This document shows, one piece after another, positions 41,256 through 55,893 of a stretch of 64,000 nt of DNA; the stretch's first letter is position 1, and each line of letters starts with the position of its first letter. The translations under genes and the position numbers were made by a program. The stretch is from Octopus vulgaris. Taxonomy: Eukaryota. Under the pieces are notes generated by a model. The model worked only from the letters and a program-made list of their open reading frames with translations, was not told where the DNA came from and did no database searches. The stretch is from assembly GCA_951406725.2 (NCBI GenBank), contig OX597819.1, positions 79,856,001 to 79,920,000 of the forward strand, written 5' to 3'.

Positions 41256-41287
<32 letters not shown>

Positions 41288-42320
41288 TACACACACATAC
41301 ACACACGCACATATCAAGAGCGTATACCACACACAAAAAAACATAATTGTGTGATGACAATTGTGTGAGTAAAAACGAATAAAAGTATAACGGAAATAAG
41401 GAAAGGAACAAAAGAAGAGAAATGTTAATAATGAATAGAGAGGGATAAAAGAATGAAAAAGGCAAACAGGTGAGAGATAACGAGGAAAAGAAAAGAGAGA
41501 GAGAGAGAATAACAGAGAGTGAGAGTGTGACAGAGAGAGAGAGAGAGAGAGAGAATGAAATGACTAAATAAGGAGAAAAGGAAGATTGTAGGCGGAGCCT
41601 TGTCGTATTGAGTCGTAAAAAAAACAACATAGGTGAATGAGAGAAAATTCATACAGGTAAATGTGAGGAAATCAGAAAGTGATTCATAAAAAGAAGTAGG
41701 TTGGACTTAAATTGTGCACGCCCCTATACGGAAAGGCAATATTGGTTTCTAAAATAGGTATTAAAGTCTTTAGATATTTAGGCGGAGAAAATTGAAATAG
41801 TGGTGTACATTAGCGACGGTTGTGCACTAGCGAGGAATCGAAACCAGATTGTAGGGGGAAAAAAAACGGTTTACTCTGATCATGTTTTCGTGTTTTCGAT
41901 AACATGATTGACAGTTTCACTGGTTGCAACTAGTTTAATGAAGTCATGCTGAGGTCACTGTCAACACATGTACACATACATACATACATACATACATACA
42001 TACATACATACATACATACATACATACATACATACATACATACATACATACATACGTACGTACGTACGTACATACATACATACATACATACATACATACA
42101 TACATACATACATACATACATACGTACGTACGTACGTACATACATACATACATACATACATACATACATACATACATACATACATACATGCATACATACA
42201 CACACATACAAACATACACACATACATACATACATACATACATACATACACACATACATACATACATACATACATACATACATACATACATACATACATA
42301 CATACATACATACATACATA
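40560..42320. repeat. (ATCT)n, (TA)n, (GT)n, GA-rich and long (TACA)n microsatellites
   Basis: Directly visible. Confidence 0.9.
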
Positions 42321-42332
42321 AAATTGCCCATA

Positions 42333-42512
42333 TACGAGGGTGTGCTGGAAGTTCAGGGCTTATATTTCCCTCCCAGATTCACAAACTTATTGCAGCGGTC
42401 CTTCATTTTTTTCTAAGTCCTGTAGGTTTTCGAAGCTCTCAGAAAGTTAGACTTCCAGCCAGGCCCTTCGCGATACCCTTAAAGCCAGGAGCGTTTTCAG
42501 CAACCATTCGTG
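42333..42512. mobile_element. 180-bp mariner-derived MITE
   Basis: TIRs tacgagggtgtgctggaagttc and gcgttttcagcaaccattcgtg. An internal piece matches the transposase C-terminus at 7820-7870 in reverse complement. Confidence 0.8.
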
Positions 42513-42519
42513 TATATAT

Positions 42520-42574
<55 letters not shown>

Positions 42575-42702
42575 TATATAGTGCATATACTCACAATTAA
42601 GCGAGTTGTTTTTACGTTTTTATAGGATATTTCAAGGCTTCGATATACAGATATGAAAAGAGATACTATTGATTGGAATACATGTATGCGTGTGTGTGTG
42701 TA

Positions 42703-42736
<34 letters not shown>

Positions 42737-42840
42737 ATTTAGGAATGGTCATTTTGCAAGTTTAGCCATTCCTAAATACAACAATATATGTTTCAACACA
42801 CGATTTCACATCAAAAATCTTGCAAAACAAATATATAAAC

Positions 42841-42910
<70 letters not shown>

Positions 42911-42933
42911 GGGGAGAGAGAGAGAGAGAGAAG

Positions 42934-43012
<79 letters not shown>

Positions 43013-43441
43013 GGAAACGGCTGTAGACATGTGAGCACTCTAAAGCTTAATGTGTACCGTTTTACTTCACAGTCGTTCGTAAATGTGAACCTGTCATGCT
43101 GAGTTCCGCTGAACGTATCAACAGGTGGCCTTATAGTTTTTACATTTAATACACCTATGATTCACTCACAAGTGAATTCATAAATGCGAAAAAATTGCGT
43201 GGAACAAATATATGTGTGTATGTATGTATGTGTGTAGGGGAAGGGGGTAATGTGCGTTTGTGTGTGTGAGTATTTGTGTGTTTGTGCGTTTCTGTGTGCC
43301 GGCGTGCGTATGTTTGTATGTATGTGTGTGTGTAAAAATATATATTGTGTATTATATTGAATATGGAAATACAAAAACGCATGCAGACACACGCACACAT
43401 ACATATTTATATATACAGAGAGAGAGAGAGATGTATATATG

Positions 43442-43610
<169 letters not shown>

Positions 43611-43611
43611 G

Positions 43612-44870
43612 CCGTGTTTCCCCGAAAATAAGACCCAATCTTATATTAATTTTGCAGCTAAAAAACGCACTAGGGGATAGACATGGGATGTCTATATTTG
43701 CGGAAAAAATCCAAGAAAGACAAAAAAGTCTTATGTCCTCATGTAAAAGGAAAAATATTGTAAAAAGGAAACTCGTGTTTTTAGTTATGAAAAGTTTATT
43801 TATTTGCTTCTTGGTTTTAGCATAAACATTTCGTCCTGTTCAGGAACATCGTTATAAATCATCAAACCCCGAACTTCAGACTGACATCCTTGTAAATCCA
43901 TTTTCTCTAGAATCATGGGCCCCGATCTCTCATGTTTGGCAATATAACGTTCCTTAAATGAACACTTTTTTGCCCAAGTACCCTCCTCGTAGTGCATTGG
44001 CAACGCAGCTGTCCGTAATTTTATTTCATGAATTCTTCACCCAATTCAGTACTTCTTGGATGCTCGGTTTGGCAAAGTTTCCACGCTGATTTCTCTCCAT
44101 TCTACGCTCGATATATTCATTCACTTTCATTCGCAAATAATCGTTGAAGGGCTTGTTTATTACAACATCTAATGTTTGTACATATGAAGTCATTCCCACG
44201 GGAATCATTATGAGGTCAATTCTTCTTTCAGAAAGGAAGGTTTTTCATAACTTTCGCGCGATGAGTACTGGCCGAATCCCAGACTAAAATACCTCTTTGA
44301 GAACTACATAAAACAAGTGGCATAGTTAACTCAAACCCATTTTCTTATAACAACTTGTGTGCACCAAGCCATTTTCGTTTCAAGGACATATATGCCTGAA
44401 ACACGTTCTATTTTCTCTTTTTTGCCCTTTGTGATGATTAGCGTTGGGACCTTATTTCCATGAAGACGAATTACTAAAATACAAGTCACACTTGCACTTT
44501 CGTAACCCGTAGAGGAAACGTAGATTGACGAGATACTTGTCTGTTCAATTGTCGTTTTAGATCCTAGGCCCATAAATACTGTAGTCACATCCATATTGGA
44601 GAGATTGTATTTAGAAAAGTCGATGCCACCAACGAAGGACTTGAATGCAAGTACACATTGAAGCACTTCAGCATCCTCTAGCTTGAACATAGTGGTCGAT
44701 CTTCTTAGAGAGAGTTCATATCACCGAATGGAGTTATCCAACCAATGAGGTGATGCTTTGAATATTTCTGGGGATACACCCAACTGTGGTGCCATTGCAA
44801 AAGCAAATTCTCGAATACCAGCACTGCGTACAACCAAAACTTTGCTCTTCTGTCAGCAATCCATCCAAGT
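43612..44870 (-). mobile_element. Decayed pogo/Tc2-type (CENP-B HTH plus DDE_1) DNA transposon
   Basis: TIR ccgtgtttccccgaaaataagacc. Minus-strand pieces FKASPHWL..LSLRRSTT, NMDVT..STGYES..VTCIL, LVWDSASTHR and IPVGMTSYVQTLDVVINKPF. Confidence 0.9.
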
Positions 44871-45192
44871 AACTGCAATGGTCAAACGTACATAGAAACT
44901 AATGATTTATGCATATGTGCACTCAAACACGCTTACACCTCATATACGTGTACAGAGAAGTACGCAATATTTGGGTAGCTGCATATGCTGTTTCGTAGAA
45001 AACATGAGAGTTCGATACAAATGTAATGTAGAAAGAACTGTGGAGAATCTGATTAAGGGATGAGATTTAATCCGAGTTATAACACACACGCATAGTTTCA
45101 GAAACACAAAAATACCTGCCTACATGCATATACACACATACACATAGCCAAACACATACATACACACATACATATATACATGCAGACAGACA

Positions 45193-45228
<36 letters not shown>

Positions 45229-45652
45229 CATGCATACATGTATTACAAGCATTAACGTTTCTATATACGCACCCATGTGCATGCGTGCGCGTGTGTGAGT
45301 AAAATCACGTTCTGAACTATAAATACTCGCATGAAATGTATTTAACGAAACGAAAGCTCACCACTAAGACTCACTCACCCACACCATCTTATGTCAGACA
45401 GCAGACCCCTAAGTTCTGACCGAGATAAAACAGGGATTAATAATTCTCTTTAGTGTTACATCTGACAAGCGAGGGACATTAAGCGCTTCTGATGAACGTC
45501 ATATTAGCGTGGTGTGCATTGAAAGATTTCATATAACAGGGAGGATTGATCAACATTTGAAACATTAAATCGTTTTAGAAATATGGGTAAAAGTGTCTAT
45601 AAATCTTTACATAACACATTTATTTAAGCTTGTTTGAATACTGTGTGTGTGA

Positions 45653-45689
<37 letters not shown>

Positions 45690-45821
45690 TGTGTATGTGT
45701 GTTTGTATTGTCTTCTGTACGATGTGATCGGCATTTTTCAGATTTGTTGACTACATTTGATATGTAGTAATTACTTATATTAATTAAAAGATAATCCTAT
45801 GTGCGTTAAAAAGACGTATGC

Positions 45822-45886
<65 letters not shown>

Positions 45887-46012
45887 ATATTTCGGAATGG
45901 TCATTTTGCCAGTTTAGCCAATATCTGTTTCAACACACGACTTCACATAAAAAATCTTGCACAACAAATATATATATATATCACATGCAAACACACACAC
46001 GCACACACATGT

Positions 46013-46312
46013 GGAGGCACATGGCCTAGTGGTTAGAGCAGCGGACTCGCGGTCGAGGGATCGCGGGTTCGAATCTCAGACCGGGCGATGTGTGTTTATG
46101 AGCGAAACACCTAAGCTCCCCGCGGCTCCGCCAGACGGTAATGGCAAACTTCTGCTGACTCCTTCACCACAACAATTTCTTACTCTTTCCTCCTGTATCT
46201 TGCAGCTCACCTGCGACGGACCGGCGTCCCGTCCTGGTGGGGAACCTATGCACCAAGGAAACCGGGAAACCGGCTCTTATGAGCCAGGCGTGGCTCAAGA
46301 AGGAACAAACAA
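46013..46312 (+). mobile_element. Well-preserved tRNA-derived SINE
   Basis: tggcctagtgg (box A), gggttcgaatct (box B), body motif ctgcgacggaccggcgtcccgtcc and an (AAC)-type tail. Confidence 0.9.
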
Positions 46313-46359
46313 TACACACACACATACATACACACACTACATTTACATACACGCACACA

Positions 46360-46854
46360 CACACTTCAAACTGCCAATACCTTCTACTGACCATTCTACT
46401 ACGCACATGTGTAGGTAGGCACACAACGGGAGCCACTCCTACCAGAGTTACTATAAATTCTTCTTATGACCTTAAACGATACTAAACCCAGCCACACACA
46501 TAGATAAATAGCCACAACAACACACACACAGACACATACACGCACACAGACCTGCGCGCTCACACAGACCTGCGCGCTCACACAGACCTGCTCTTGCACT
46601 CTCCTGTCTTTGAAAGAACTTTTTTTCACCCATTCCCTTCCGGTCATTTCAATATGTGACCGCGTGTGTATAGTTGGCGATTTTCTTTCTTCGTTTTCTC
46701 TTCCTTGGACCTTTCCTTTTTCTATGTTTCTGACGAAGAGGTCCGCTCGAAACGTTAAATCCTCCTTCTTTCTTTCCTTTCCTGAGCGTCCAATAACACT
46801 ATACTTGTTCCACGTCCTCGCGTTGTTGTGTTTTCTCTTTGTTCATTTTTGGAT

Positions 46855-46860
<6 letters not shown>
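46360..46860 (+). mobile_element. 3' region / pseudo-LTR of a PLE ending in (TA)n
   Basis: CA-rich then CT-rich sequence with a 20-bp tandem (cacacagacctgcgcgctca). Hammerhead at 46726-46760; ends ggattaac(ta)n. Confidence 0.7.
46726..46760 (+). ncRNA. Minimal hammerhead motif
   Basis: GTTT-CTGACGA-A-GAG-GTCCG-CTC-GAAAC-GTT-AAAT. Confidence 0.65.
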
Positions 46861-46902
<42 letters not shown>

Positions 46903-47080
46903 TGCAACGATACATGTATATGTGTATACATGCATGCAAACATGCATACATGTATATATATTATATGTACACAGCTATGACAGAAGTACACAGAATAGTT
47001 TATTCTAACTTGTAAAGGCTTATATATTTTTTTATTAATTGAAATTTTTATGTTTCAGTTTCTATATGTGACTGTTTAAT

Positions 47081-47700
47081 CATGCCATGTACAAAAGAAG
47101 CCTTGAAGGTGTCTGAATTTCAAAGAGGCCATGTTGTGGGTCACTCTGAATGTGGATATAGCGTAAAATCTCAAAATCATATGGGACCCTGCTTTCTGCA
47201 GTTAATAGAGTAATTGTGCGATTCATATCACCTAGCCCAAGTTGACTAGGGCTCTCTGACAGGAGCCTTTTCATTGTTAAGAGAAGTGTGGAGTATAATC
47301 CTCGTTGCAAGGCTTCTAACATAGCAGAACACGTTGATATGAGTCCCAGAATACCTGTCAGGTATCTCCACAAACTTGGTTACTATAGTAGAGCAGCAAG
47401 AAGGATGCCATTTCTTTGACAAGCCAAGATCAAGCGGAAAAAAGATTGGGCCAGTGAGATGGTGGAGAGGCCATTAGCATTTTGGGACACTGTCATGTTC
47501 TCCAATGAGTCCTGATTTGGCGTATTTTCTGACAGTGGCTGAGTGTGGGTCTGCAGACTCTGTGATCAATAATTCGACATGGAAGATTGCAGCCAACAAT
47601 GAAATATGGCTATTCTTTGATGCTTGGGGAGCAATTTAGAGCAATGGTTAATCAGAGCTGGTGGAGTGTGAGAGAAAAAAACTCAGATACATGTGTCCGT
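47081..47700 (+). pseudogene. Decayed Tc1 transposase
   Basis: SEFQRGHVVG (HTH start) and FWDTVMFSNES*FGVFSDSG*VWV (first catalytic D region). Many stops. Confidence 0.8.
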
Positions 47701-47776
47701 ATTCCAGAAATGTGTGTGAGCGTGTGTGTCCACGTGTTTGCTTGTGTGTGTGTAATCAATACATGCACCCTATCAA

Positions 47777-47818
<42 letters not shown>

Positions 47819-48229
47819 ATATCTGTATATCATAAATTGCACCATATATAATATATTGGTATATCATAAATGCTATCAGATATTGATATAAAAATGATAT
47901 GGTAGTTAAAACGTAAGAATTCAGTTAGAAATAAAGGGTTGTAACATTAAAATGTAAGACAGTGTGCTCCTCCCAAGCTCTCTGCATACAAAATCTAACT
48001 ATTCCAAAATGATTTTTTTTTTTACAAATACTCATTCCAACATTTGGGTTACTCGGGATGATTTCGGTTATTGAAAGTAAAATTCGAAAATGTACTAAAT
48101 TTTGTCAAAGATTTCAAATCAGTATCGATATTGACTAGTTTTATCTTAAACATACACAAGGAGACAGATGTTTATGATTAATCATAATATCCTGTTGAAT
48201 ATTGTATCATACCTTTTCATGGCAGTTAC

Positions 48230-48770
48230 TAACACCACCCTCTGCCTACCCACATACCCCAACTCTACCCCAATCCTCAGCTTAACCCACACCTCACATG
48301 TGCTTTCTCCACTCTCACCTTCCCCACCTACCAACAACATCGCACCACACCACACTACACCATACCACACAACACATCACATCACAACACACCACCACCA
48401 CCCACACACCAGCACTGACCAATTCCCATCCCCACATTTTCACACCTATACATACACACACGCACGCGTCAAGACCACCAGCCCTCTTTCACACACACAT
48501 ACGTACTCTGTTACACACACGCGCACCTTCCTTTTGGGATCACTTTTACTTTGTTATCTCCCCTACTTCTTCGCTCCCCTGTGAGACCCTTCTGTCCGGC
48601 AGTCGTCATAATAGATCGGTAGCCACTACACACATTTTTTCTCTCCTTGTTTCTTTCTGTGTTCCTTTCTGTGGAACAACGTAAAAGACTTTATCAATTC
48701 CCGGGCGTTATACTAATACATCTGTTTGTTTCTACACCACCTGTCTTCGTCTTTTGCTTTTTTCGTGAAT

Positions 48771-48772
<2 letters not shown>
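48230..48772 (+). mobile_element. 3' region of a PLE-type element (family of 20101-20300) with the hammerhead stem II deleted
   Basis: ttctctccttgtttc..ctttctgtggaacaacgtaaaagact..tactaatacat..ccacctgtcttcgtcttttg aligns with the reverse complement of 20101-20270. A CA-rich tract lies upstream. Confidence 0.7.
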
Positions 48773-48861
<89 letters not shown>

Positions 48862-49029
48862 AGAGAGAGAGAAAGAGAGAGAGTGAGAGAGAGAGTGAGA
48901 GAGAAAGTGAGAGAGATAGTGCTTACGTTTATTCGTGTAGTTAATGTATCTTTTATTAAGTTGAAATCACAAGAACGTGTCCGTAAACGGCTAACGTTTG
49001 TTAATCTGTATATTCTTTCTTTCATTTTT

Positions 49030-49234
49030 TTACATGTTTCAGTCATTTAACTGCAGCCATGCTGGAACATTGCCTTAAACGGTTTTAGTCGAAAAAATCG
49101 ATCCCAGGACCTATTCTTTGTAAGTCTATTACTTACTCTATCCAACCCTTTCCCGAACCGCTAATTCACGGGGACGTAAACACACCAGCATTGGTTGTCA
49201 AGTGATGATGGGGGACACAAACTCATACACACAC

Positions 49235-49275
<41 letters not shown>

Positions 49276-49645
49276 CACCCATATATATATATGTTCAATG
49301 GTTTTCTTTCAGTGTCTGTCTACCAAATCCACTCACAAGATTTTGGTCAGCCCGAGGTAGAAGACACTTGCCCAAAGTGCCACGCAGTGGGACTGAACCT
49401 GAAATAATGTGTTTGGAAAGTAAGCTTCTTAATATTCTTTCTTTCTACTTTAAGCACAAAGCCTGAACTTTTGAGAGAAAGTTCTAGTTGATAACATCGA
49501 TCACAGTGTTCAATTGGTACCTGGTTTACCTAACCTAAAAGGATGATAAAAGGCAAAGACGAGGTCGACGGAATTTAAGCTCAAAACGTAAAGACAGATG
49601 AAATGCCGGTATGTGTGCTAATGTTTCTGCCAGCTGGCCATCTTA
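49030..49645 (-). mobile_element. CORE-type SINE (49030-49430) followed by a Meta-type SINE (49435-49645)
   Basis: aagacacttgcccaaagtgccacgcagtgggactgaacc and aaaggcaaagacgaggtcgacggaattt. Confidence 0.85.
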
Positions 49646-49746
49646 ACACTAACATATGAGCTGACAGATTTCAATTCATGCAAATTTTATTTTCCATAAA
49701 TATATGTAGGAGTTTGTATATTTATGTGCATGTATTGTGTGTATGT

Positions 49747-49783
<37 letters not shown>

Positions 49784-50274
49784 TGTACGTGTACGTGTAC
49801 GTGTACGTGCGTGTGTCTAAATCTGTGCGCGCTTACGTGGAAACTTCGCAATGCACGTCTTAATTTGTTTAATCGAGGCTTTTATTCAATAAGATGGCTA
49901 TAACTAATTACAAATTAGCTGGGAGGCCATATATATACACGTGTGTGTGTGTGTGTGTGTGAGCGAGTGAGTGTGATCTAGTGTGCGTATGTATGTGTGT
50001 ATTCATGTATATATGTATAAATAAATATGTAATTATATATGTATATATATATATGTGTGTGTGTGTGTTGTGTGCACGTAAAATATGTATTATAACATAA
50101 CAGACATGTTATATCGGTGTCTGCAGTGCATATTTTAATTAGTGAACTTTTAATTGAAGGCGTCATTAAAAAATGTTGCCCAATCAGCAGCCTTCCCCCT
50201 TCGAAACCTTTCTAACATTTCTCTCTATCTTACTGTGGATGCTGCATTTCTTTCTATTCCTGTATGTATGTATG

Positions 50275-50317
<43 letters not shown>

Positions 50318-50383
50318 GTATGTATGTATGCTTTTCCTCATTAGATACTTGCATGTATAAGCAATTATTAATGTGTGTATGTA

Positions 50384-50449
<66 letters not shown>

Positions 50450-51019
50450 AACATATGATCACAGAAAAACACATGCACGTATACACACATGTGCGCACAC
50501 ATACACACACACATTCCCAGGTATAATTCAAGGGGTATAATAATTAATATGATCTTCTGAGGTACCTCCCGCGAGCCATATATTTTCCAAATCCTGTTCA
50601 GTCTCGTGTGACCTCCCGTATTTTCCTCCAAAGTGGAAGCGAATATTAAGAATGTCATGCGGCACGCCTGACCAATTGTGAAGATTTCTTGACATGAAAC
50701 CATTGGTTGCCCACTCACAAATAAATTATATATTTATATATATGCACACAGAATCACACATATATAGCATATATAAGCATCTGTATGTATATGTTAATTT
50801 GGTATCATACACACTCACACTGTCCCACCCCACACGCAAACTTCGGTGATAGCTGATATATATCTGTAAGTGTATAACCGTATGTTGACGGTAGACCAAG
50901 AATGTATGTGTTTGTGAGTGTAAGTAAGAGCGTGTACATAATGTATATACATGTATGTGTAACAGTATTTTATGTTATCATCATCATCATCATTATCAGT
51001 AATAGTTGTTGTGCTTGGG

Positions 51020-51620
51020 GGTGATTGTGGTGTCGTGGTGTTTCACCGGTAACATTGCCCGATTTGGAGAACTGTGAGCTTCTAACAACATTTTCGATGT
51101 GAGGCTCTATGTCTTAAGCTGTCTTGTTAGCATAACTGTGTGCAATGCTGGTTCGGGATGAATTTTCCTGATATGGAATAACCAACAGCCAAGCCTGTTT
51201 GAGGTACCCGTAGTGATGAAACAGTCTTGCATGCGCTTGTATATTACCCGAGCATCAAAGAGAGAGGCTGCGCAAATGTGTCCTATAAAGGGCCACAACA
51301 CCGCAGCTTCAGTACATGCTTGTAAATCTTAATCCACCGCTTACCGAACCTTTTGTGACGTCTGTTTCAGCAACAGATGGAGACCCTGACCAGTGGAATG
51401 GGTCCCTTCAAAAAGAAGCGGAAGAATACACCGTCTAATCTAGCCAGACGATAGCTTTATCGGTGAGGCTGACTACTGTTCTTAACCAGGACCACAAACA
51501 ACTTAAAACTCCCCGTCAGTCTAATGTCCTTCCTACCTCCCAGTTCAAACCCACTGCACTTCAACATCCCCAATTTCTTTAACAGTGGTTCCAGAGCCAT
51601 CACATACAAAATAGATAGAT
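51020..51620 (-). pseudogene. Heavily deleted Tx1/L1-type ORF2 remnant
   Basis: Minus strand LSILYVMALEPLLKKL (RT domain 4-like) and FFLKGPIPLVRVSICC (post-RT motif). Confidence 0.6.
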
Positions 51621-52212
51621 GATACTCTTGATAGACTAGAAAATATGAAACAATATTTCCTGCTCTACTGCTATTTGCAGTAGGCATTTAAGACATCGGC
51701 GAAAAAAAAATCTACCCACAGTTCGTTGCGTAGATCATCCAAGTGAGCAATTTGTCCTCGAGCATAATACCCAATGACGATTCTACCTGGCGTACTATCT
51801 TCAGTTTTAACAATATTTTTACCTCTTCCACCGAGGGCTATAAAAGGCCGTCGTGGTAATTAAAGACCAGTTCTGTCTCTAAATATAAGAAAACAAAATC
51901 AAAGCCCCGAAAACATTGTAATGGTGGTAATCTCCGCGTCTTCGACATCAGTGGGTCATATTTTTTATAGGTTTTTAGTACAGTTTTCTTCTCTGTTAAT
52001 CAATAACAACAGTAACAATTATAAAAGCAGAATCTTTAACGCTGCAGATAAAAGAGGAGCGATGGCAATGCGTGGGATGTTAAAACAACAACAACAACAA
52101 CAACAGTACATATGGCAACAGTAAGAATAACCACTTCATTTAAACCACAGCTAAGCCAAGAGAGACAAAACAACGAGCACTAATTATGTATTCAATATAA
52201 TGTAAATAGTTA

Positions 52213-52430
52213 AGGTGATGAGTGGGCAGATCGTTAGCACGCCGGGCGAATTTCTTAGCGGAGCATTTCATTCGTCTTTACGTTCTGATTTCAAATTCCA
52301 CCGAAGTCGGCTTTGCCTTTCATCATTTCGGGGTCGATAAAATAGGCATCAGTTGAGTATTAAGATCGATTTAATCGAGCTAGCCGCTCTCCCAAACCTG
52401 CTGGCTTTGAGCCAAAATTTGAAATCAATA
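52213..52430 (+). mobile_element. Meta-type SINE
   Basis: cgttagcacgccgggcgaa..ttcaaattccaccgaagtcggctttgcctttcatcatttcggggtcgataaaat. Confidence 0.9.
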
Positions 52431-53759
52431 TAATGTAATGGTGATAACTTAGGAACTAACCCATAACGTTTGACTGAATCCATATTTCTGAACCAGGACA
52501 GTAATTACGTCTTTCTTTCTTTCTTTATTTCTTTCTTTCGTGTGTGTGTGGGGGTGCGGTGCGCGCGCGTGTCCCTACGCAATGGTGTCACTGTGTTTGT
52601 TTTTACGTGTGCATTAACATGAATTTCGATATCAGCTAAAACCAAATGAAATAAGTACTCTGATGAGCTAGCTATAACCAAGGAAACTAGTCCAGATTTT
52701 TTCCACTATGCCTTACACAGAAAACCTTACACTTTAACCTCAGTGCCTACGTGCCATTTATTCATAAACTTAACCACAAATACACTGCCTCAGTATATTT
52801 GACTAAAAAATGCACCCCTAGGGTTATTTATGCATCTTATTACTGACTGTATATGCGTGTGAGTATGTACATGCGTATTTGTTTGTCGAAGTCTTTATAC
52901 GTGTTGCGAATGTACTTGTGTGCGTGAATGTATGCGTTGACGATACAATAATGGCTTTAATCCTACATTTAAGACACTTACACGGGTATATTACTGCGCA
53001 TATATACATCTAATAGCTTGTCATGAGCCAAAATCTATCGATGATATGTATAGTTTTGATACAGAAAACATAAATTATGGTTCCGAGAAGTAAGCCCTGC
53101 GGCGAGACCAAATGAAACAACTAGTGATTCTTGCCACAAAGCGACTAACTTCAACCGGGAAGTAAAAAACTTCGGGATCAACACAAGTGCTGACTGTATC
53201 GGCGTAAACACGCATTGTAGAAATGTTTCATAAATGAACTGATCTATACACATATTTCTTTTCATGGGATCGAGAGAGAATTGGTAGTGATGGTGTGTGT
53301 TGCGAGGGGTTCAACAATGAAATTAGAGTAAGCATATGCTACTCGAATAATTTTGTAAGTTTGCGATGTATGAAACACTCACAATTATACTCATTAAATT
53401 GAGAAATCACAAGACAGAGATTTAATTCGTTTCTTTCACTCTTTTTTACTTTCTTTTTCTTTTCCTTCTTTCTTTTCTTTCTTTCTTTCTTTTGTCTTTC
53501 ATTCTTTTTCTTTTTCTCCCTTTGCTTGTTTCTTTCTTTCTTCCCCTCATCGTTCTTCTCATCTATCGGTTGTTTAATCCATTTTCTTCAATGTATATGT
53601 GTAAGTTCATATGCACGTGTATATATATTCATATATATACATGCATGTATATATATATATATATGTGTATGTGTGTGCTGTGTATGCGTAGCAATTTACT
53701 AGTATATCCATTTAACTATGAACCTACTAGCTCTCTCTTTCTCAATCTATTTCTTTCTT

Positions 53760-53798
<39 letters not shown>

Positions 53799-54668
53799 TA
53801 TATATATATATATCACTTCTTGTATTTTGTCTCCTTTCCTTCTATCTATTTAAATGTGTGCACATGTATTTGTATGTATGTATATGCATGTATACATATG
53901 TATGTGCATATATACATACACACTCACCCACACGCACACACACACACATTTATATATATATGTGTGTGTGTGTATATGCATAGACATATACAAGCAAATA
54001 TATGATTGTGCATATAAACACATATATGCACACAGCCATACACAACTCACCTACATCCCAGCACATACACACACACACACACACACATTCATATACACAC
54101 GCAGGAGCTTATATAATATGTATTATGTCCATGTGCGTGTACACATATTTTTCTATTTGTGTGCATAAATGTGAGTTTGAGCATGGGTGCGTGTAGGCGT
54201 AGGTGTATGTGGTTGTATGAATTATACATGTATGTGCGCATATATGTGTGTGCATGTGTGTGTATGCATGTGTGTGCATGTATGTGAGTGTATGAATGTG
54301 TGTGTTGTATACTCGCAATGACACGATGTTTACAAGTAGATAATCAAGATAATTACTCCTCTGACATATGATTGCCAAACAAGTCTTTCCATCAAGTCTT
54401 TTGACATGGTGTGATTCATTTCAAGGAGGAAGTCGACGGCTACTGATAAACCAAACACATTAAAAACAGCCTTACCAATCGCTAACTGGAGGGGAAGAGA
54501 AAAGAAAATTATTTACTTCAAGCTTTCTGGACACAGTTGAAGAAATATATATGTAGATGTGTGCACACACACACATACGCACACGCGCGCACGCACATGG
54601 AGATACTTATTGACACATGCAAGTGCACAGACGCATTCACTCCAAACACACACGCATATCTATGCTTA

Positions 54669-54712
<44 letters not shown>

Positions 54713-54744
54713 TGTAAAGGTACATGTATATATATCTGTATGTA

Positions 54745-54791
<47 letters not shown>

Positions 54792-54898
54792 GTGTGTGTG
54801 TGAGAGAGAGATAGGTGCATACATACACACATACATACATACAGACACATACATACATACACATACACACACATTTCATGCAGATATATATATGTATA

Positions 54899-54990
<92 letters not shown>

Positions 54991-55572
54991 TATGATGGGA
55001 AGAAACGATTGGTGAAAATGATTTAAAAGAGAAAGAGGTAAGAGCTGAGAGCTGGGGGAAGAAAAAGTGAAAATATGATGTAAGAGAGAAAGCTGTCGTC
55101 ACCAGTAAAAATCTTGGACACATTTACTGTCAGTGCAATGCTTCGTAGGCTGTCACTGTAACTCATTTCTGCCAGCAGTTACCATGTTCGCAATAACGTT
55201 TAACTGTAAGCAGCAGGAGAGCCCTGTAATTAACGAATGTTTCAATATCATGCAGCTCCATATTCCCATTTTGCTGTCATCCATCATTTTGAGAAAGGTG
55301 TATAAACCAAGTTAGTTGGGTAGCTAAGATTGGGAGGAAACGGATCGGTTCAACTCGGGCGACATTTCTATGGAAGCGGCATTTTTACGCTGGCTCTACC
55401 TGCTGGTATAAGGTTTGGAGCGCCGAAAGACGGCGCAAGACAAAGGACGTCTTGGGTGAAACGCACCGTAGCTACGCCACTGCAACAAAACGCACCTAAT
55501 ATTCAGCATTAACCGTAATCACTGTGAAAGGGAATGTGCTAATGATTATGACGTTGTACTCAAGATCGAAGT

Positions 55573-55893
55573 GAAGGCGCATGGCTTAGTGGTAAGAGTC
55601 TCGAGCTCACAATCATGAGGTAGTGAGTTCGGTTTTCAAACCGCACTTTATATTGTGTCTTGAGCTAAACACTTTATTTCACGTTGCTCCAGTCCACTCA
55701 GCTGTAAAAATGAATTGCGACGTCAATGGTGCCAAGCTGTATCGGCCTTTTACTTTCTCTTGGATAACATCAGTATGTATAGGCGATTGCTGGTCTTCCA
55801 TGAGCAACTTTACCCAGATCTGTGCCTTGGAGAGTAACTTTCTAGGTGCAATCCCAAGGACATTCATGACCGAAGGGGCTCTTTACCCTTTAC
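55573..55893 (+). mobile_element. tRNA-derived SINE with a CORE-like segment
   Basis: tggcttagtgg (box A), gagttcg (box B), tgtgtcttgagctaaacactttatttcacgttgctccagtccactcagctg and tail ctttaccctttac. Confidence 0.8.

Noticed and set aside
45485-45515. CTGATGA followed by an ACG/CGT stem
   Set aside because: No GAAA after the stem.
46013-46085. Possible tRNA gene
   Set aside because: Box A and B are present, but there is no acceptor stem or poly-T terminator and it continues into a SINE body.
50670-50715. GTGAAGA..GACAT-GAAA-CCATTGG-TT hammerhead-like relic
   Set aside because: Core C3 is lost, stem II is mismatched and there is no stem I; too degenerate to call.
52655-52700. CTGATGA..GAAACTAGTC motif
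   Set aside because: Core and palindromic stem III are present, but stems I and II do not pair.
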